DNA of 64,000 nucleotides from Macrostomum lignano. Taxonomy: Eukaryota. Below are positions 32,255-44,484 of the stretch, in pieces. Numbering within the stretch: position 1 is the first letter of the stretch; every line of letters begins with the position of its first letter. The stretch is from the NCBI GenBank assembly GCA_002269645.1, contig NIVC01002290.1:1-64000 (forward strand), written 5' to 3'. The position numbers and the translations under genes were made by a program. The notes below the pieces were generated by a model. That model saw only the letters and a list, made by a program, of their open reading frames with translations. It was not told where the DNA came from and ran no database searches.

Positions 32255-35209
32255 TTAAGAGCCAAACAAATCTCGCATAGCCTCGCGCAGGTCAACGAAT
32301 CGAAACTGATAGCCGGTCTCCAGAGTGCGCCGGGGCGAAACGAACGCACCGTCAGTGAGAACGCCGGCCCGCTCTGCGCCGAACATCAACCGGACGACAG
32401 CGGCAGGCGTCGTCAGCAGAGCCGGACGTCGCAGACTGGCAGCCAGAGCGGCGGCCAGTTCAGCGTTGGTGTTGAGGGCCGGCGCCACGGCGTTAAGCAC
32501 GTCGGAATTGAATGACGGCGTCGGAGGCGGCAGGTCGGCCAGCAGGGCGTGCTCAAGGACGCCAACAGCGTCGCTGATGTGCACCCAGGCGACGGGCTGA
32601 CGTCCGCTGCCGGTCGGACCGCCGATGCCCAGACGGAACGGCCAGGCCATACTGGCCAGGGCGCCACCGTCGCGGCCGAGGGCGACGCCCATGCGGACGG
32701 CGATGCGGCGAGTGTCGCCGGTAGCGGCAGCTGCTGCTTCTGTTGATTTTGCGGCCCCCTCGAACACGGCGGCCTCGATGCTGGCGCAGAGCCGGCCGGC
32801 CAGGCTGGCGTCCGGCGCCCCTGCGTATGACTCGTCGAACACGGGCGGCGGGTCGGCGCGCATCTGGGCGGAGCGACGGGTTGATCGGGATTTAATGTAT
32901 GGGATTAGATCCTAGATATGGGAATATAATGACATGGAAAATTGGGACCAAAAATAGTAAATATTGGGGAAATTAATTAAGTTTTTGCAACTTAAATAAC
33001 ATAGAATTCGATAATTGGCGAGATTAGTTGATGGAAGATAGTAAAAGTTAGGATCTCAAGATAGGGATCTCAATTGATGGGGATCTGAATTGATGGGGAT
33101 CTGAATTGATGGGGATCTGAATTGATGGGGATCTGAATTGATGGGGATCTGAATTGATGGGGATCTGAATTGATGGGGATCTGAATTGATGGGGATCTGA
33201 ATTGATGGGGATCTTGATGGGATCTTAATTGATGAGGATCTGAATTGATGGGGATCTGAATTGATGGGGATCTGAATTGATGGGGATCTGAATTGATGGG
33301 GATCTGAATTGATGGGGATCTTGATGGGATCTGAATTGATGAGGATCTGAATTGATGGGGATCTGAATTGATGGGGATCTGAATTGATGGGGATCTGAAT
33401 TGATGGGGATCTGAATTGATGGGGATCTGAATTGATGGGGATCTGAATTGATGGGGATCTGAATTGATGGGGATCTGAATTGATGGGGATCTGAATTGAT
33501 GGGGATCTTGATGGGATCTGAATTGATGAGAGTCTGAATTGATGGGGATCTGAATTGATGGGGATCTTGATGGGATCTCAATTAAAAATTAAAAAGTATT
33601 CTTAGGATAGGGAACTCAAGATGGTGATCTCAAGATGGACTCTCTACTCACAGATGATGGGTAGTAGCCAACAGCTGACACGCCGACAAGGCGACTGGGC
33701 GGTTTCGGTCTGACAGCGGCGGCCGCGGCGGCCAGGCACCGAATCCGGCCGATGCGACTGTCGAACAGCTCGCTCACGTAGCGCCTGTAGGCCACCGTCG
33801 ACAGCCGCAGCGCCGGCCCCGCGTCCAGGATGCTCCGGCCGGACAGATTGCACACCAGCTCGACTCCGTCAGGCAGGCCGCAGCGCTCGACCTCCGGCCA
33901 AGTCAGCGCGTCCTGCTGGCGGGCGTCGCCGGCGCCGCGACTCCTGTCGACGGTGACTACCCGGTGGCCGGCGGAGCGGAGGCTGCGCACCAGGTAGCGC
34001 CCGATGAAGCCGCTGGCGCCGCCGACGGCTATGACAGATGGCCGGACGCTGGGAGACTGCGGGGGAGGAAGAACGAGAGCGTCAAAGTAGTGGCAGGTCA
34101 ACTGGGGTCACCCGGTGTGGAAAAAATAAACTTTGGAAAAAAATTGTAGAAATAGTCACGATCCAGGTCATCTAAGGTCACACTACTAGGGTCACCTAAG
34201 TTTACATTATTAGGGTCATTTTATTACACCTGCCCTAATGGGCAGGTGTGCAACCGACAGATCAGCCGCAGCTATTGCGTGGCGCATCTGAAGGCTGCGT
34301 ACGGCTGTTCAGTCCAAGGACTGGGGAGGGGGTCACCACACACACCCTCAATTACCCCAGCTAATCCTGGTACTAATTTTACAGCTGGGTCGTGAGTCCG
34401 ACGCTCTAATCACTTAGGCTACAATCCCTTAGGCCTTAGGGCCTTCTAAAACCACACTATTCAGTGTTATCGAAGGTCACACTGTCCAGGGTCATTTAAG
34501 GTCACACTATCCAGGGTCATCTAAGGTCAATTCTATTCAGGGTCATCTAAGGTCATTCTATTCAGGGTCATCTAAGGTCATTCTATTAAGGGTCATCTAA
34601 GGTCACACTATCCAGGGTCATCTAAGGTCATTCTATTCAGGGTCATCTAAGGTCATTCTATTCAGGGTCATCTAAGGTCGGTCATACTATTCAGGGTCAT
34701 CTTAAATCACACTATTTAGGGTCATCTAAGGTCAAACTATCCAGGGTCATCTAAGGTCAAACTATCCAGGGCCATCTAAGGTCAGCATGTTGAGCGATTT
34801 GATACCATTCTATTAAAAGTGAAAAATATCAAACATTCTATAGATAGGCAAAGTTATTCCCAAAAAGCAACACAAGAAGCTTATCCAATTCCTTTAGCCT
34901 TTGCTATAAAATATAACTTTGAATTTATTGTTTTAACCCGATCGAAAAAAACATAGCAGAAAAAATAGTTAAATATTTTAAGAGCCAAGAGGTGCAAAAG
35001 TGACCTTAAAATGCGGTTAAAGTGCATTAGGTACGAAAGGTAAACATTGCCTGTTTTAGGATGAATTTGACTAAAAAGCTGTTTATAATGGCATTGGCAA
35101 TGATAAAGTCAAATACCGGTATGTTAAAAGTATCAATATATAAACTTGCACACTTTTTCTGGATTTAACATCGCACCACTATCGAACACCTGTGTTTCTT
35201 TGCCTCCAT
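32255..35209 (-). CDS. SDR39U1: SDR39U1 / TIGR01777-type NAD(P)-dependent epimerase-family protein, 3 exons, ~341 aa
   Basis: Exons 35209-35190 (inferred), 34048-33652, 32863-32255, phase-consistent. Rossmann GGASGFIGRYL, CNLSGRSI, SAVGYY, RMGVALGRDGGAL, GIGGPTGSGRQPVAWVHISD, GYQFRF. Exon 1 is less certain. Confidence 0.88.
33070..33582. repeat. Intronic minisatellite, 16 bp unit CTGAATTGATGGGGAT
   Basis: SDR39U1 intron 2. Confidence 0.97.
34155..34790. repeat. Intronic minisatellite, ~25 bp unit CAGGGTCATCTAAGGTCATTCTATT, split by a SINE copy
   Basis: SDR39U1 intron 1; copies occur on both sides of the SINE fragment. Confidence 0.9.
34281..34428 (-). mobile_element. Internally deleted copy of the CORE-SINE
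   Basis: Matches 13586-13820 over GGCGCATCTGAAGGCTGCGTACGGCTGTTCAGTCCAAGGACTGGGG... but lacks the ~87 bp equivalent to 13698-13784 (B box and most of the CORE). Confidence 0.8.
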
Positions 35210-35381
35210 ATCAATGCTAACAAACAGTATTGACAGAAAAATAAGTAACTTGGTAAGCGTTTTGTGATTCTTAGTTAATAAGGCAGGCCACTTCAAATTG
35301 GCTTGAATTAGCTTACTTTCTTTGTTTACTATAGCAACGAGTGTATTAGATATTAAGACATGGAAACCAGAATAGTCGATA

Positions 35382-35554
35382 GTTGCCATGGCAACGAGTA
35401 GATTAGTTGGTTACAGACAGTTTTGAGTTACTATGGCAACAAAAACATACTAAAGAGTCACCATGGTAACAAAACATACTATATAGAGTTACCATGGCAA
35501 CGAATATCCTAGTCGCTACCATAGAGGAAAAAATTAACCGGTTGCCATGGCAAC
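35382..35554. promoter_or_regulatory. Cluster of five RFX X-box motifs
   Basis: GTTGCCATGGCAAC 35382-35395, GTTACTATGGCAAC 35427-35440, GTCACCATGGTAAC 35457-35470, GTTACCATGGCAAC 35488-35501, GTTGCCATGGCAAC 35541-35554. These match the GTNRCY-AT-RGYAAC consensus; function is inferred. Confidence 0.7.
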
Positions 35555-35590
35555 AGCCCGATTCCCATAGAATCACCAGCAGGCCGCAAG

Positions 35591-37507
35591 TCACTCCAGT
35601 TCGCCAACTAGAAAATCGCGAACCAAAGACAACGCCTTGGCCCGATGAGAAATTGTGTTCTTCACTTCCGGCACCATCTGGGCGAATGTCTCGTGAAATC
35701 CGTCCGGCTTGAATATCGGGTCCCAGCCGAATCGATTGTCGCCGGCCGGCTTGTCCGCTATGGAGCCCGGACACACTCCGGCGAAAACCTTCACCTCCTG
35801 GCCGGGCCCGCGACTGTAGGCGAACACGCAGCGAGCCTCGGCCGACTTGTCCGGGAATGCGGCCAACAGTTTGGGCAGGCCGTCCGGGCCCAGAGCGTCC
35901 AGGAACCACTTGATGTACACCCCGGTAGGCCGCCCAGGGCGTTGAAGCAGAGGCTGGTGTCCTCAACCAGCACAGGGCCGCCGACTCGCTCGGCCGCTAG
36001 GCGGCACTTTTCGCGGGCCACCTGCACACGGAATGAGGTTAGGCATGGGCTCGTTTAATGGGATTCTGATCGCCCCCTACAGAATCCATCTGGTTGCTAT
36101 ACAGAGTTTATCTGGTTGCTATGCCCAATACAGTGTCTTTATCTGGTTGCCATGCACCTTACAGTGTCTTTATCTGGTTGCTATGCCCAATACAGTGTCT
36201 ATCTGGTTGCTATGCCCAATACAGTGTCTATCTGGTTGCTATGCACCTTACAGTGTCTTTACCTGGTTGCTATGCCCAATAGTGTCTTTATCTGGTTGCC
36301 ATGCACCTTACAGTGTCTTTATCTGGTTGCTATGCCCAATACAGTGTCTATCTGGTTGCTATGCCCAATACAATGTCTATCTGGTTGCTATGCACCTTAC
36401 AGTGTCTTTACCTGGTTGCTATGCACCTTACAGTGTCTTTATCTGGCTGCTATGCACCTTACAGTGTCTTTATCTGGTTGCTATGCCCAATACAGTGTCT
36501 TTATCTGGTTGCTATGCACCTTACAGTGTCTATCTCGTTGCTATGCCCAATACAGTGTCTTTATCTGGTTGCTATGCCCAATACAGTGTCTTTATCTGGT
36601 TGCTATGCACCTTACAGTGTCTTTACCTGGTTGCTATGCCCAATACAGTGTCTTTATCTGGTTGCTATGCACCTTACAGTGTCTTTATCTGTTGCTATGC
36701 CCAATACAGTGTCTTTATCTGGTTGCTATGCACCTTACAGTGTCTTTATCTGGTTGCTATGCACCTTACAGTGTCTTTATCTGGTTGCCATGCACCTTAC
36801 AGTGTCTTTATCTGGTTGCTATGCCCAATACAGTGTCTATCTGGTTGCTATGCCCAATACAATGTCTATCTGGTTGCTATGCACCTTACAGTGTCTTTAC
36901 CTGGTTGCTATGCACCTTACAGTGTCTTTATCTGGTTGCTATGCACCTTACAGTGTCTTTATCTGGTTGCTATGCACCTTACAGTGTCTTTACCTGGTTG
37001 CTATGCCCAATACAGTGTCTTTATCTGGTTGCTATGCACCTTACAGTGTCTTTATCTGGTTGCTATGCCCAATACAGTGTCTTTATCTGGTTGCTATGCA
37101 CCTTACAGTGTCTTTATCTGGTTGCTATGCCCAATACAGTGTCTTTATCTGGTTGCTATGCACCTTACTGTGTGTTTATCTGGTTGCTATGCCCCCACAG
37201 TGTCTGTAGCTGGTTGCTATGCCCCCTACAGTGTTTGTATCTGGTTGCTACGCCCCTTACAGTACATTTTTCTGGTGGCTATGCACTATGCAGTGTTTTA
37301 TATGGTTGCCACCCAATTCCAGCTCTACATTTACAGCAGATTATGTCTCACCATCTCAGGCAAGCCTTGCAACTCTGGCAAATCAATATCCTTATTAACA
37401 ACTCTGTCTGACAATCCAGCAGTTAGTAGGATGCTATTTAACTCGCGCAGTTTGTTTGGATTGCCTGTAACAAAGGTGACTAGCTTGATCTTGCCAGATG
37501 TGGCCAT
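35591..37507 (-). CDS. ITPA: Inosine triphosphate pyrophosphatase (Ham1 family), 2 exons, ~195 aa after a 1-nt correction
   Basis: Exon 1 37507-37352 ([11 protein letters not shown]...DIDLPELQG). Exon 2 36021-35591 (VAREKC...[23 protein letters not shown]...[11 protein letters not shown]...[11 protein letters not shown]). One base is missing in the run at 35920-35923. Confidence 0.93.
36085..37310. repeat. Intronic minisatellite, 29-31 bp unit CTGGTTGCTATG(CACCT/CCCAA)TACAGTGTCTTTAT
   Basis: ITPA intron, about 40 copies. Confidence 0.97.
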
Positions 37508-38683
37508 TTATTTGAGAGTAGCAGAAAAGTTTAATAAATAGTTTGATGATAAATTTGATTAAGATTTCAAAATTGAAGTTTTATAAGTGTCTACAGTAGT
37601 TACTAACTGTCTAGTTAGACTATGTTATTAGTATTGATTGGCTGTACAATTTAATCTAAATTCATAATTAGTCAACTATTGACTACACATTAATAGAGTC
37701 GAGGTGTTGACTTGCCTTCCCCCAAAGTAAAGTATTGGGCCATGACCCTCTCTCCTAGAAAAAAACATTAGAATATTTGATATTTGATGGGACTTTCTAA
37801 TTCAGTTAAAGTTTTGAACTCGCTACACTGGTAGCCATTCTAAGCATTGGATAATAAGTATATTATAAATAGCATAAAACTTAAGAGTGGATTGATTTGC
37901 ATTGAGTAATCACTGGTTACATATTAGCCTCCATGTTGCCACATTAGCCTGATAGCAAACCTTATCCTGAATCAGCTTCATGTTTTTCAGAATGAAGCTG
38001 ACTGACATGGTGAGAGGTGAGTCAGTTAGAATATTATATAATTTGACTCTCAGCTTCTTGTCAGAAGTTCATCTTGATATTTGTAGATGATTCAGCTAAT
38101 ATAAAATTTTATCATTGATTCATGAAAGTGCATTGATCATGAAAATTTTCATGTTGAAATAAGTTAGCCAATAGGCTCTACACACTAGATAGTTGCAAAA
38201 AGTTGTGATATCTGTTTATAGGGCCTATATTATAAAATAAACAATTATAAAATTAAAGAAATGAATTAATTAGTAAACAAATAATGTTGAAATGTTAAAT
38301 GTTAAATATTAAAATGAATGTCTTGCTTTCCAGCCATGTCTTGCACAATGCATGTATATTTGCATAATTCATTGAAAATTATCTTTAAAATATATAATTA
38401 TTGGCTCAAATGCAAGAGCAAACCAATAAGGTATAAATAATAGTTGTATATTTAAAATTATTTCCCCATACATTAAAAAATTAGCACTAGCAAAAAGAAG
38501 CATTCTATAATTGATAATGCAATTAAAATAATTTTCAAAAATGCCAACTAAAAAAATGAACTTCGGTAGGATATTCAATAAACTCTATCTATTATATTAG
38601 CCAAAATCACTAATTGAATTGACTTTTGGTAAAAGGGTTTTGGTAAATCAACTTTTGGCAGAAAGTTTTTCAGCAAATCATCT

Positions 38684-39388
38684 AGGCCTAGTATTCAGCG
38701 AATACAATCCACTTTGGTAATAGCCATTTTGGTAACAGGCACTTAGGTAACAAAAAATGAACACTTTGGTAACTGCCACTTTGATAACAAAGCAGATTTA
38801 CATCTGTCAACACTTTATTTTTATGATAATTAGGTTTAGCAAAAAATTAGTTTAATAATTAACATCTCAAATATCTTATTGCACATATTGTTAAACTTTC
38901 TAGTTAAACTGTATTATACTTTGTTTAAACTTGCACAGTAAACTTTATGAAAAATTTAAAGGCAAAAAAAATTAAGCAAAGCAAGCTCCCATACATACAT
39001 TGAAATTGAAAAAATTAAATAATTAATGAAGAAAAAATAGATTCTGTAATTTTAAGTCACTATTTGCTAACTAGATCAGAGATTCCAATGTACACAGTAT
39101 ACAAAATTTGGTCAATTTTAGGATGTCTTAGGAGCATGAAATCTGACTCATCCAGAAATTAAAATAGATTGGTTAACTTAAAACACTTTAAAACAAGTTA
39201 AACACATGCAGGTACGCATAGGTGTTGTGCCATTCTTTCTTTAAATTTTGTTTGCACATCCTTTCAGAGCATATCAATTAATGCATATTATATTATTCTC
39301 ATTTGTTACCAAAGTGGCTGTTACCAAAGTGGCTGTTACCGAAGTCAAAGTGGACTATTACCGGATTCAGCAGAATTGCCTTAGGCCT
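38684..39388. mobile_element. Possible degenerate MITE with ~70-85 bp terminal inverted repeats
   Basis: 38684-38754 (aggcct...ccactttggtaatagccattttggtaacaggcacttaggtaacaaa) is an imperfect inverse of 39302-39388; the interior is AT-rich and non-coding. Confidence 0.45.
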
Positions 39389-40026
39389 AATTGCTAGTTA
39401 TAAGATTGTTGTCAAACATTTTCATTGACTTTAATATGCATACATAGGCTACACAATATACCTATATTTATAACATTCTTGCAAATATTTAGGCTTATAT
39501 TATTCTCAATAATAGTTGTGCTCAGTTACACTTGAACTAAAGATAAACCCAAAAATTCATATTATACTAAGCCCTATTAGGAGCATGAAATCTGACTCAT
39601 CCAGAAATTAAAATAGATTGGTTAACTTAAAACACTTTAAAACAAGTTAAACACATGCAGGTACGCATAGGTGTTGTGCCATTCTTTCTTTAAATTTTGT
39701 TTGCACATCCTTTCAGAGCATATCAATTAATGCATATTATATTATTCTCATTTGTTACCAAAGTGGCTGTTACCAAAGTGGCTGTTACCGAAGTCAAAGT
39801 GGACTATTACCGGATTCAGCAGAATTGCCTTAGGCCTAATTGCTAGTTATAAGATTGTTGTCAAACATTTTCATTGACTTTAATATGCATACATAGGCTA
39901 CACAATATACCTATATTTATAACATTCTTGCAAATATTTAGGCTTATATTATTCTCAATAATAGTTGTGCTCAGTTACACTTGAACTAAAGATAAACCCA
40001 AAAATTCATATTATACTAAGCCCTAT
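39128..40026. repeat. 449 bp tandem duplication (2 copies, identical by eye)
   Basis: ttaggagcatgaaatctg at 39128 and 39577; the copies match through aagccctat. Confidence 0.95.
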
Positions 40027-41715
40027 GGCTATGTACTATATAATATAGCCGTATAGGTAATAGGCCTAGGCGTAATAACTTAGTTAAATAAGTGCTTGGG
40101 CTCATAGATTCACAGACTAGGCCTACAGAGAAATAGCAACTCTTAGATTGAGTAATCTTCACCATATTTTCCACAGTCTACAAGCTATGTCTAGCACTAA
40201 ACTGACGAGTAAATTTATGGTTCATTAAAGCTGCAGGTTTAGAAGATAAAACAGAATTGTGTTGGAATTTAGGAGCCGCATGCTACGAAAAACTTTTTGT
40301 TTCTATGAAAATGTAAAATTTAATTGAACTCTTTATCTGGAGTTTTTACCTAATTACTATAACAGAATGTAGTAAATAACGTAAAATAGGATATAAAACA
40401 GCATTAAATGTCCAGTTTTAATGGTATAGGATGCACGATTAACAACTCGAACAACTCAACTTGAATTTCATAAAAATTCGTATACAGTGCCCCAAAAAAA
40501 TTATACATATTTATATATGCATTTATATACGTATACATACTGTACATTCATATAAAAATATATAGCTACTTGTATATGACACATCAACACATCCTTCAAC
40601 AAGAAGCAAGCTGCTATTGCACTCTCGCAATGCAACAAGACCAATAGCCTACATCACATGTATCATTCACGTCAAACGTAAATTTTAATTCTGCAAACAT
40701 GCAATGCAGTGCCCTAACGCATCATGCATTAATTATCTCGTCACATTCGAGGCTAGTATATGTGTAGCTGATAATTGCTGCAAAGTTTTTTATAACACAA
40801 AAATTGTGTTGAAATCCCCGCATTTCCGTCGAGCTGATGATATGAAAAAAGACATTGTCAGGAATTGATGCAGACTAAATTTTGTTTAACAGCACCTCAG
40901 AATGGCTCAGAACGTCTGAGATGAATCAAAAGACAACAATCAATGTCGAATAAGACTTAGAAATTTCCTTTGAAACCCTAGCTTGATCAAGCTACATGTA
41001 TTGGTATAAAGCTAGCTCGATCCCTTTCCCGCCGAAAAGCAAGTACATGTAGATCTACCCGTACAGCAGCCTATACAATTCAAGGCACCGGATTCACCAC
41101 CTCGGGCCAAAACATCCATTCGATAAAGCTTTGCCGACCGGAGAACATCCCACAGCACGTTCTCCTTGACCTCCCTGATCTTATTGTTGGATGGATTCCT
41201 TCGAGTTTCAATGGCTCGATCAACATGGCTTAACGTCCAATCGAACGTCTACGCTCGTACACATACATGTACATGTATACACGACTGATGCGACATATTT
41301 CGAATTTCTAATATGTCACTCTAGTGGTTATACCTGCCTTAACTTTTCAAAGATTAACGAATTAACGAATCATGGTTAAATAGATTCTCATTATATTTTG
41401 TAACTTGTCAATTATTATTAACATTAGTACCCCTGCACTTACTAGCTGGACTCTATTATAGAATCGATGAATCGAGTTGCCAGGGCTTTTAGCAGTTGGC
41501 AGAAGTCTATGGGAAAACTTGTCAGTATCGGTTGAATAAATAAAAAGCTGAATAAATTTATGAGCACGTAGGCCATAGACATATCTACGAGCCTGTATCC
41601 AAGAACTCAAAAGAGCTCGGGCTTTGTGCCTACTTTCATCTCATCGTTCACTGGCAAGTCCTGCTAGCTTTCCTCAAAGCTTACACAGCAGCAGCTAGAG
41701 AAGAAAAGCCCGAAA

Positions 41716-43086
41716 ATGCGCGAGTGCATCTCTATCCACATTGGCCAGGCTGGAGTGCAGATCGGCAACGCCTGCTGGGAGCTCTACTGTCTGGAGCACG
41801 GCATCCAGCCCGACGGCATGATGCTAGCCGGCAGGGAGAAATGCGACAGCTCAGTAGAGACGTTCTACTCCGAGACAAACTCTGGCCGTTATGTGCCGAG
41901 AGCTGTGTTCGTAGACCTGGAGCCCACCGTGATTGACGAAGTTCGCACTGGAACTTACAGGCAGCTGTTCCACTCGGAGCAGCTCATCACGGGCAAGGAG
42001 GACGCGGCTAATAACTACGCCAGAGGCCAGTACACCATTGGCAAGGAGGTCATCAACACCGTGCGAGAGGTAGTGTCCAGAGCGGTGGAGAACTGCAGCA
42101 GCCTGCAAGGCTTCTTTCTGTTCCACTCGTTCGGCGGCGGCACTGGCGCCGGCTTCACCTCCCTGCTGATGGACAAGCTGTCATCCGAGTATGGCAAAAA
42201 GGCCAAGGTGCAGACGTCCATCTACCCGGCGCCGCAGGTCAGCACCGCGGTTGTTGAGCCGTTCAATGCCATCTTGTGCACCCACGGCACATTGCGACAC
42301 GCCGATGTCACATTCATTGTGGACAACGAGGCCATCTACGACATCTGCAGGAGAAATCTAGACATTGAGAAGCCGACTTACACTAACCTGAATAGGCTGA
42401 TTAGTCAGATAATGTCTTCTATTACAGCTTCGTTGCGCTTTGAAGGCTCCCTCAACGTGGACATCACGGAGTTCCAGACCAACCTCGTGCCCTATCCCAA
42501 GATCCACTTCCCCCTAGCAACGTACGCTCCCATCATTTCGACCGAGAAAGCAAACCACGAGCAGCTCAAGGTCCGCGAGATCACCAACGCCTGTTTCGAG
42601 ACATCGAACCAAATGGTGAAGTGCGACCCTCGGCATGGAAAGTACATGGCCTGCTGTCTACTCTACCGCGGAGACGTCAACTCCAAGGAAGTCAGCGACG
42701 CTATTCAGAAGATCAAAGGCAAGCGCGAAATTCAATTTGTGGACTGGTGCCCAACCGGGTTCAAGGTCGGCATCAACTACCAGCCGCCCACCACGGTGCC
42801 TGGAGGCGATCTGGCGAAGGTGCCGCGAGCCGTCTGCATGCTGAGCAACACCACCGCCATCGCTGAGGCCTGGGACCGGCTAGCGTACAAGTTCGACCTC
42901 ATGTACTCCAAGCGGGCCTTCGTCCACTGGTACGTCGGCGAAGGCATGGAGGAGGGCGAGTTCGCTGAGGCGCGCGAGGACCTGGGCTCCATGCAGAAGG
43001 ACTACGAAGAAGTCGGAGTGGACAGTGTCGAAGGCGAGGAGGAAGAGGTCGAAGAGATGGACAAGGAAGGCGCTGATGGGGAATAA
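41716..43086 (+). CDS. TUBA: Divergent intronless alpha-tubulin, 456 aa
   Basis: MREC start, GGGTGAG signature, [41 protein letters not shown]; single uninterrupted ORF. Confidence 0.98.
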   Translation: MRECISIHIGQAGVQIGNACWELYCLEHGIQPDGMMLAGREKCDSSVETFYSETNSGRYVPRAVFVDLEPTVIDEVRTGTYRQLFHSEQLITGKEDAANNYARGQYTIGKEVINTVREVVSRAVENCSSLQGFFLFHSFGGGTGAGFTSLLMDKLSSEYGKKAKVQTSIYPAPQVSTAVVEPFNAILCTHGTLRHADVTFIVDNEAIYDICRRNLDIEKPTYTNLNRLISQIMSSITASLRFEGSLNVDITEFQTNLVPYPKIHFPLATYAPIISTEKANHEQLKVREITNACFETSNQMVKCDPRHGKYMACCLLYRGDVNSKEVSDAIQKIKGKREIQFVDWCPTGFKVGINYQPPTTVPGGDLAKVPRAVCMLSNTTAIAEAWDRLAYKFDLMYSKRAFVHWYVGEGMEEGEFAEAREDLGSMQKDYEEVGVDSVEGEEEEVEEMDKEGADGE

Positions 43087-44484
43087 GCGAATCTTTAATT
43101 CTGGAATTATTTTTAAAGAGAGACTATATACTCCTTTTACAGCCGCATTGGAATTGGCCTTTTTTGGGGCTCGCAAACAGCTGCTTGAGGATGCATACTT
43201 TCTTTTTCCTTAAAAACATTTTCATCCCTTTCGGTCAGTATTTGAAAGCTTATATATTTTCGTTTTCGCAACGCAATTTGAAACAAATTTCCTTTTTCAA
43301 TCTCTGGCACACGTTCTTGCCTTTTTTAATTTTCAAAAGCTGCAGGCATGTTTGAACGTAAGAATCATTTGGTGACGAATACAAAAATTGCTTTTACGGA
43401 ACCAGTTAAAGATGAGTCTTAAACCGCCTTTTTTTCTATCATGGTCTTTTTATTTTAAATGCTAAATGCTCAAATTTCGCAGCAGAAAAGTGCAATTTAA
43501 AATCAAGCAAAGCAGAAACGTGCATGCCTCCATCAGCAACTGCACCTCTGAATCCAGTGTCAGATTTTTGCACGGCGACAATGGGATAGAACTATATACA
43601 TGCGTCTTTTCGCCCCCACCAGAGCATTGATGGTAGTACATGTACATCATGCAGGCCTCACATCTGAAGTCGGGCCTAGTGCCAGAAATTGCCTGAATAA
43701 TAGTGTCAACAGAGAGTGTGGTTTTCTGAAGCGCTGGTAGACCAAGTAGGCCGATTTATCCCTCCTCCGCCCCCGGCCCTAGCGGGTTATTCGCACGCAA
43801 TCGAATGTACTGTGACGAATATCTGGTCCGCGAGTTCGCGTGCTGACGGGCTGCTAATCAAGTACTGATTGACCACACAGTTAGTGGTGACCGATAACTG
43901 ACGAAGCCGATTATTCGATTACGGATTATGTATATTTGTAGGTTACAGACACGAACGGTACATGTAGTGGTAAATAGCTGATGCTAAACAGGTCATTGGT
44001 AACGAACAGCTGTAGTGTCGATGGAATGGCTTCGAAGATGACCTTTAGTGGGAAACACTACTTAATTGAGAGCGATTTTGAACTACTGTTTATTAGGAAA
44101 TTAAATTGCTGGCGATAGAAACAGCAGCCGAACTCCACGCGCAGTCCTCTCCGAAGCCACAGAATTCAAAATGTTGAATATAACTATTTTAATTCAGTAA
44201 AACAAATCATTGTTTAATATTGTCGATGAACATAAAAATGAAACCAATTAATATAAATAAAATACATATTAAATATTTTAGTAGATTTATTAATCGACGA
44301 ATTGGAATAATAAAAGAACTGCCAACGTCACAGTATAAACTTTCTTCTTGTAGCTCCCTCAATCGCTTCGAATCGGATCGTTGACTGGCTGTCTGTCTGT
44401 ACTATCGGATCAGCCTATGTAGCTATCTCCCGCGTGATCTTAGTGGTCTAAAATTTTAGCTGCCATTCTAATAATATATACTTT

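Noticed and set aside
36033-37541. 502-aa and 431-aa plus-strand ORFs
   Set aside because: They are ITPA intron repeat translations, antisense to ITPA.
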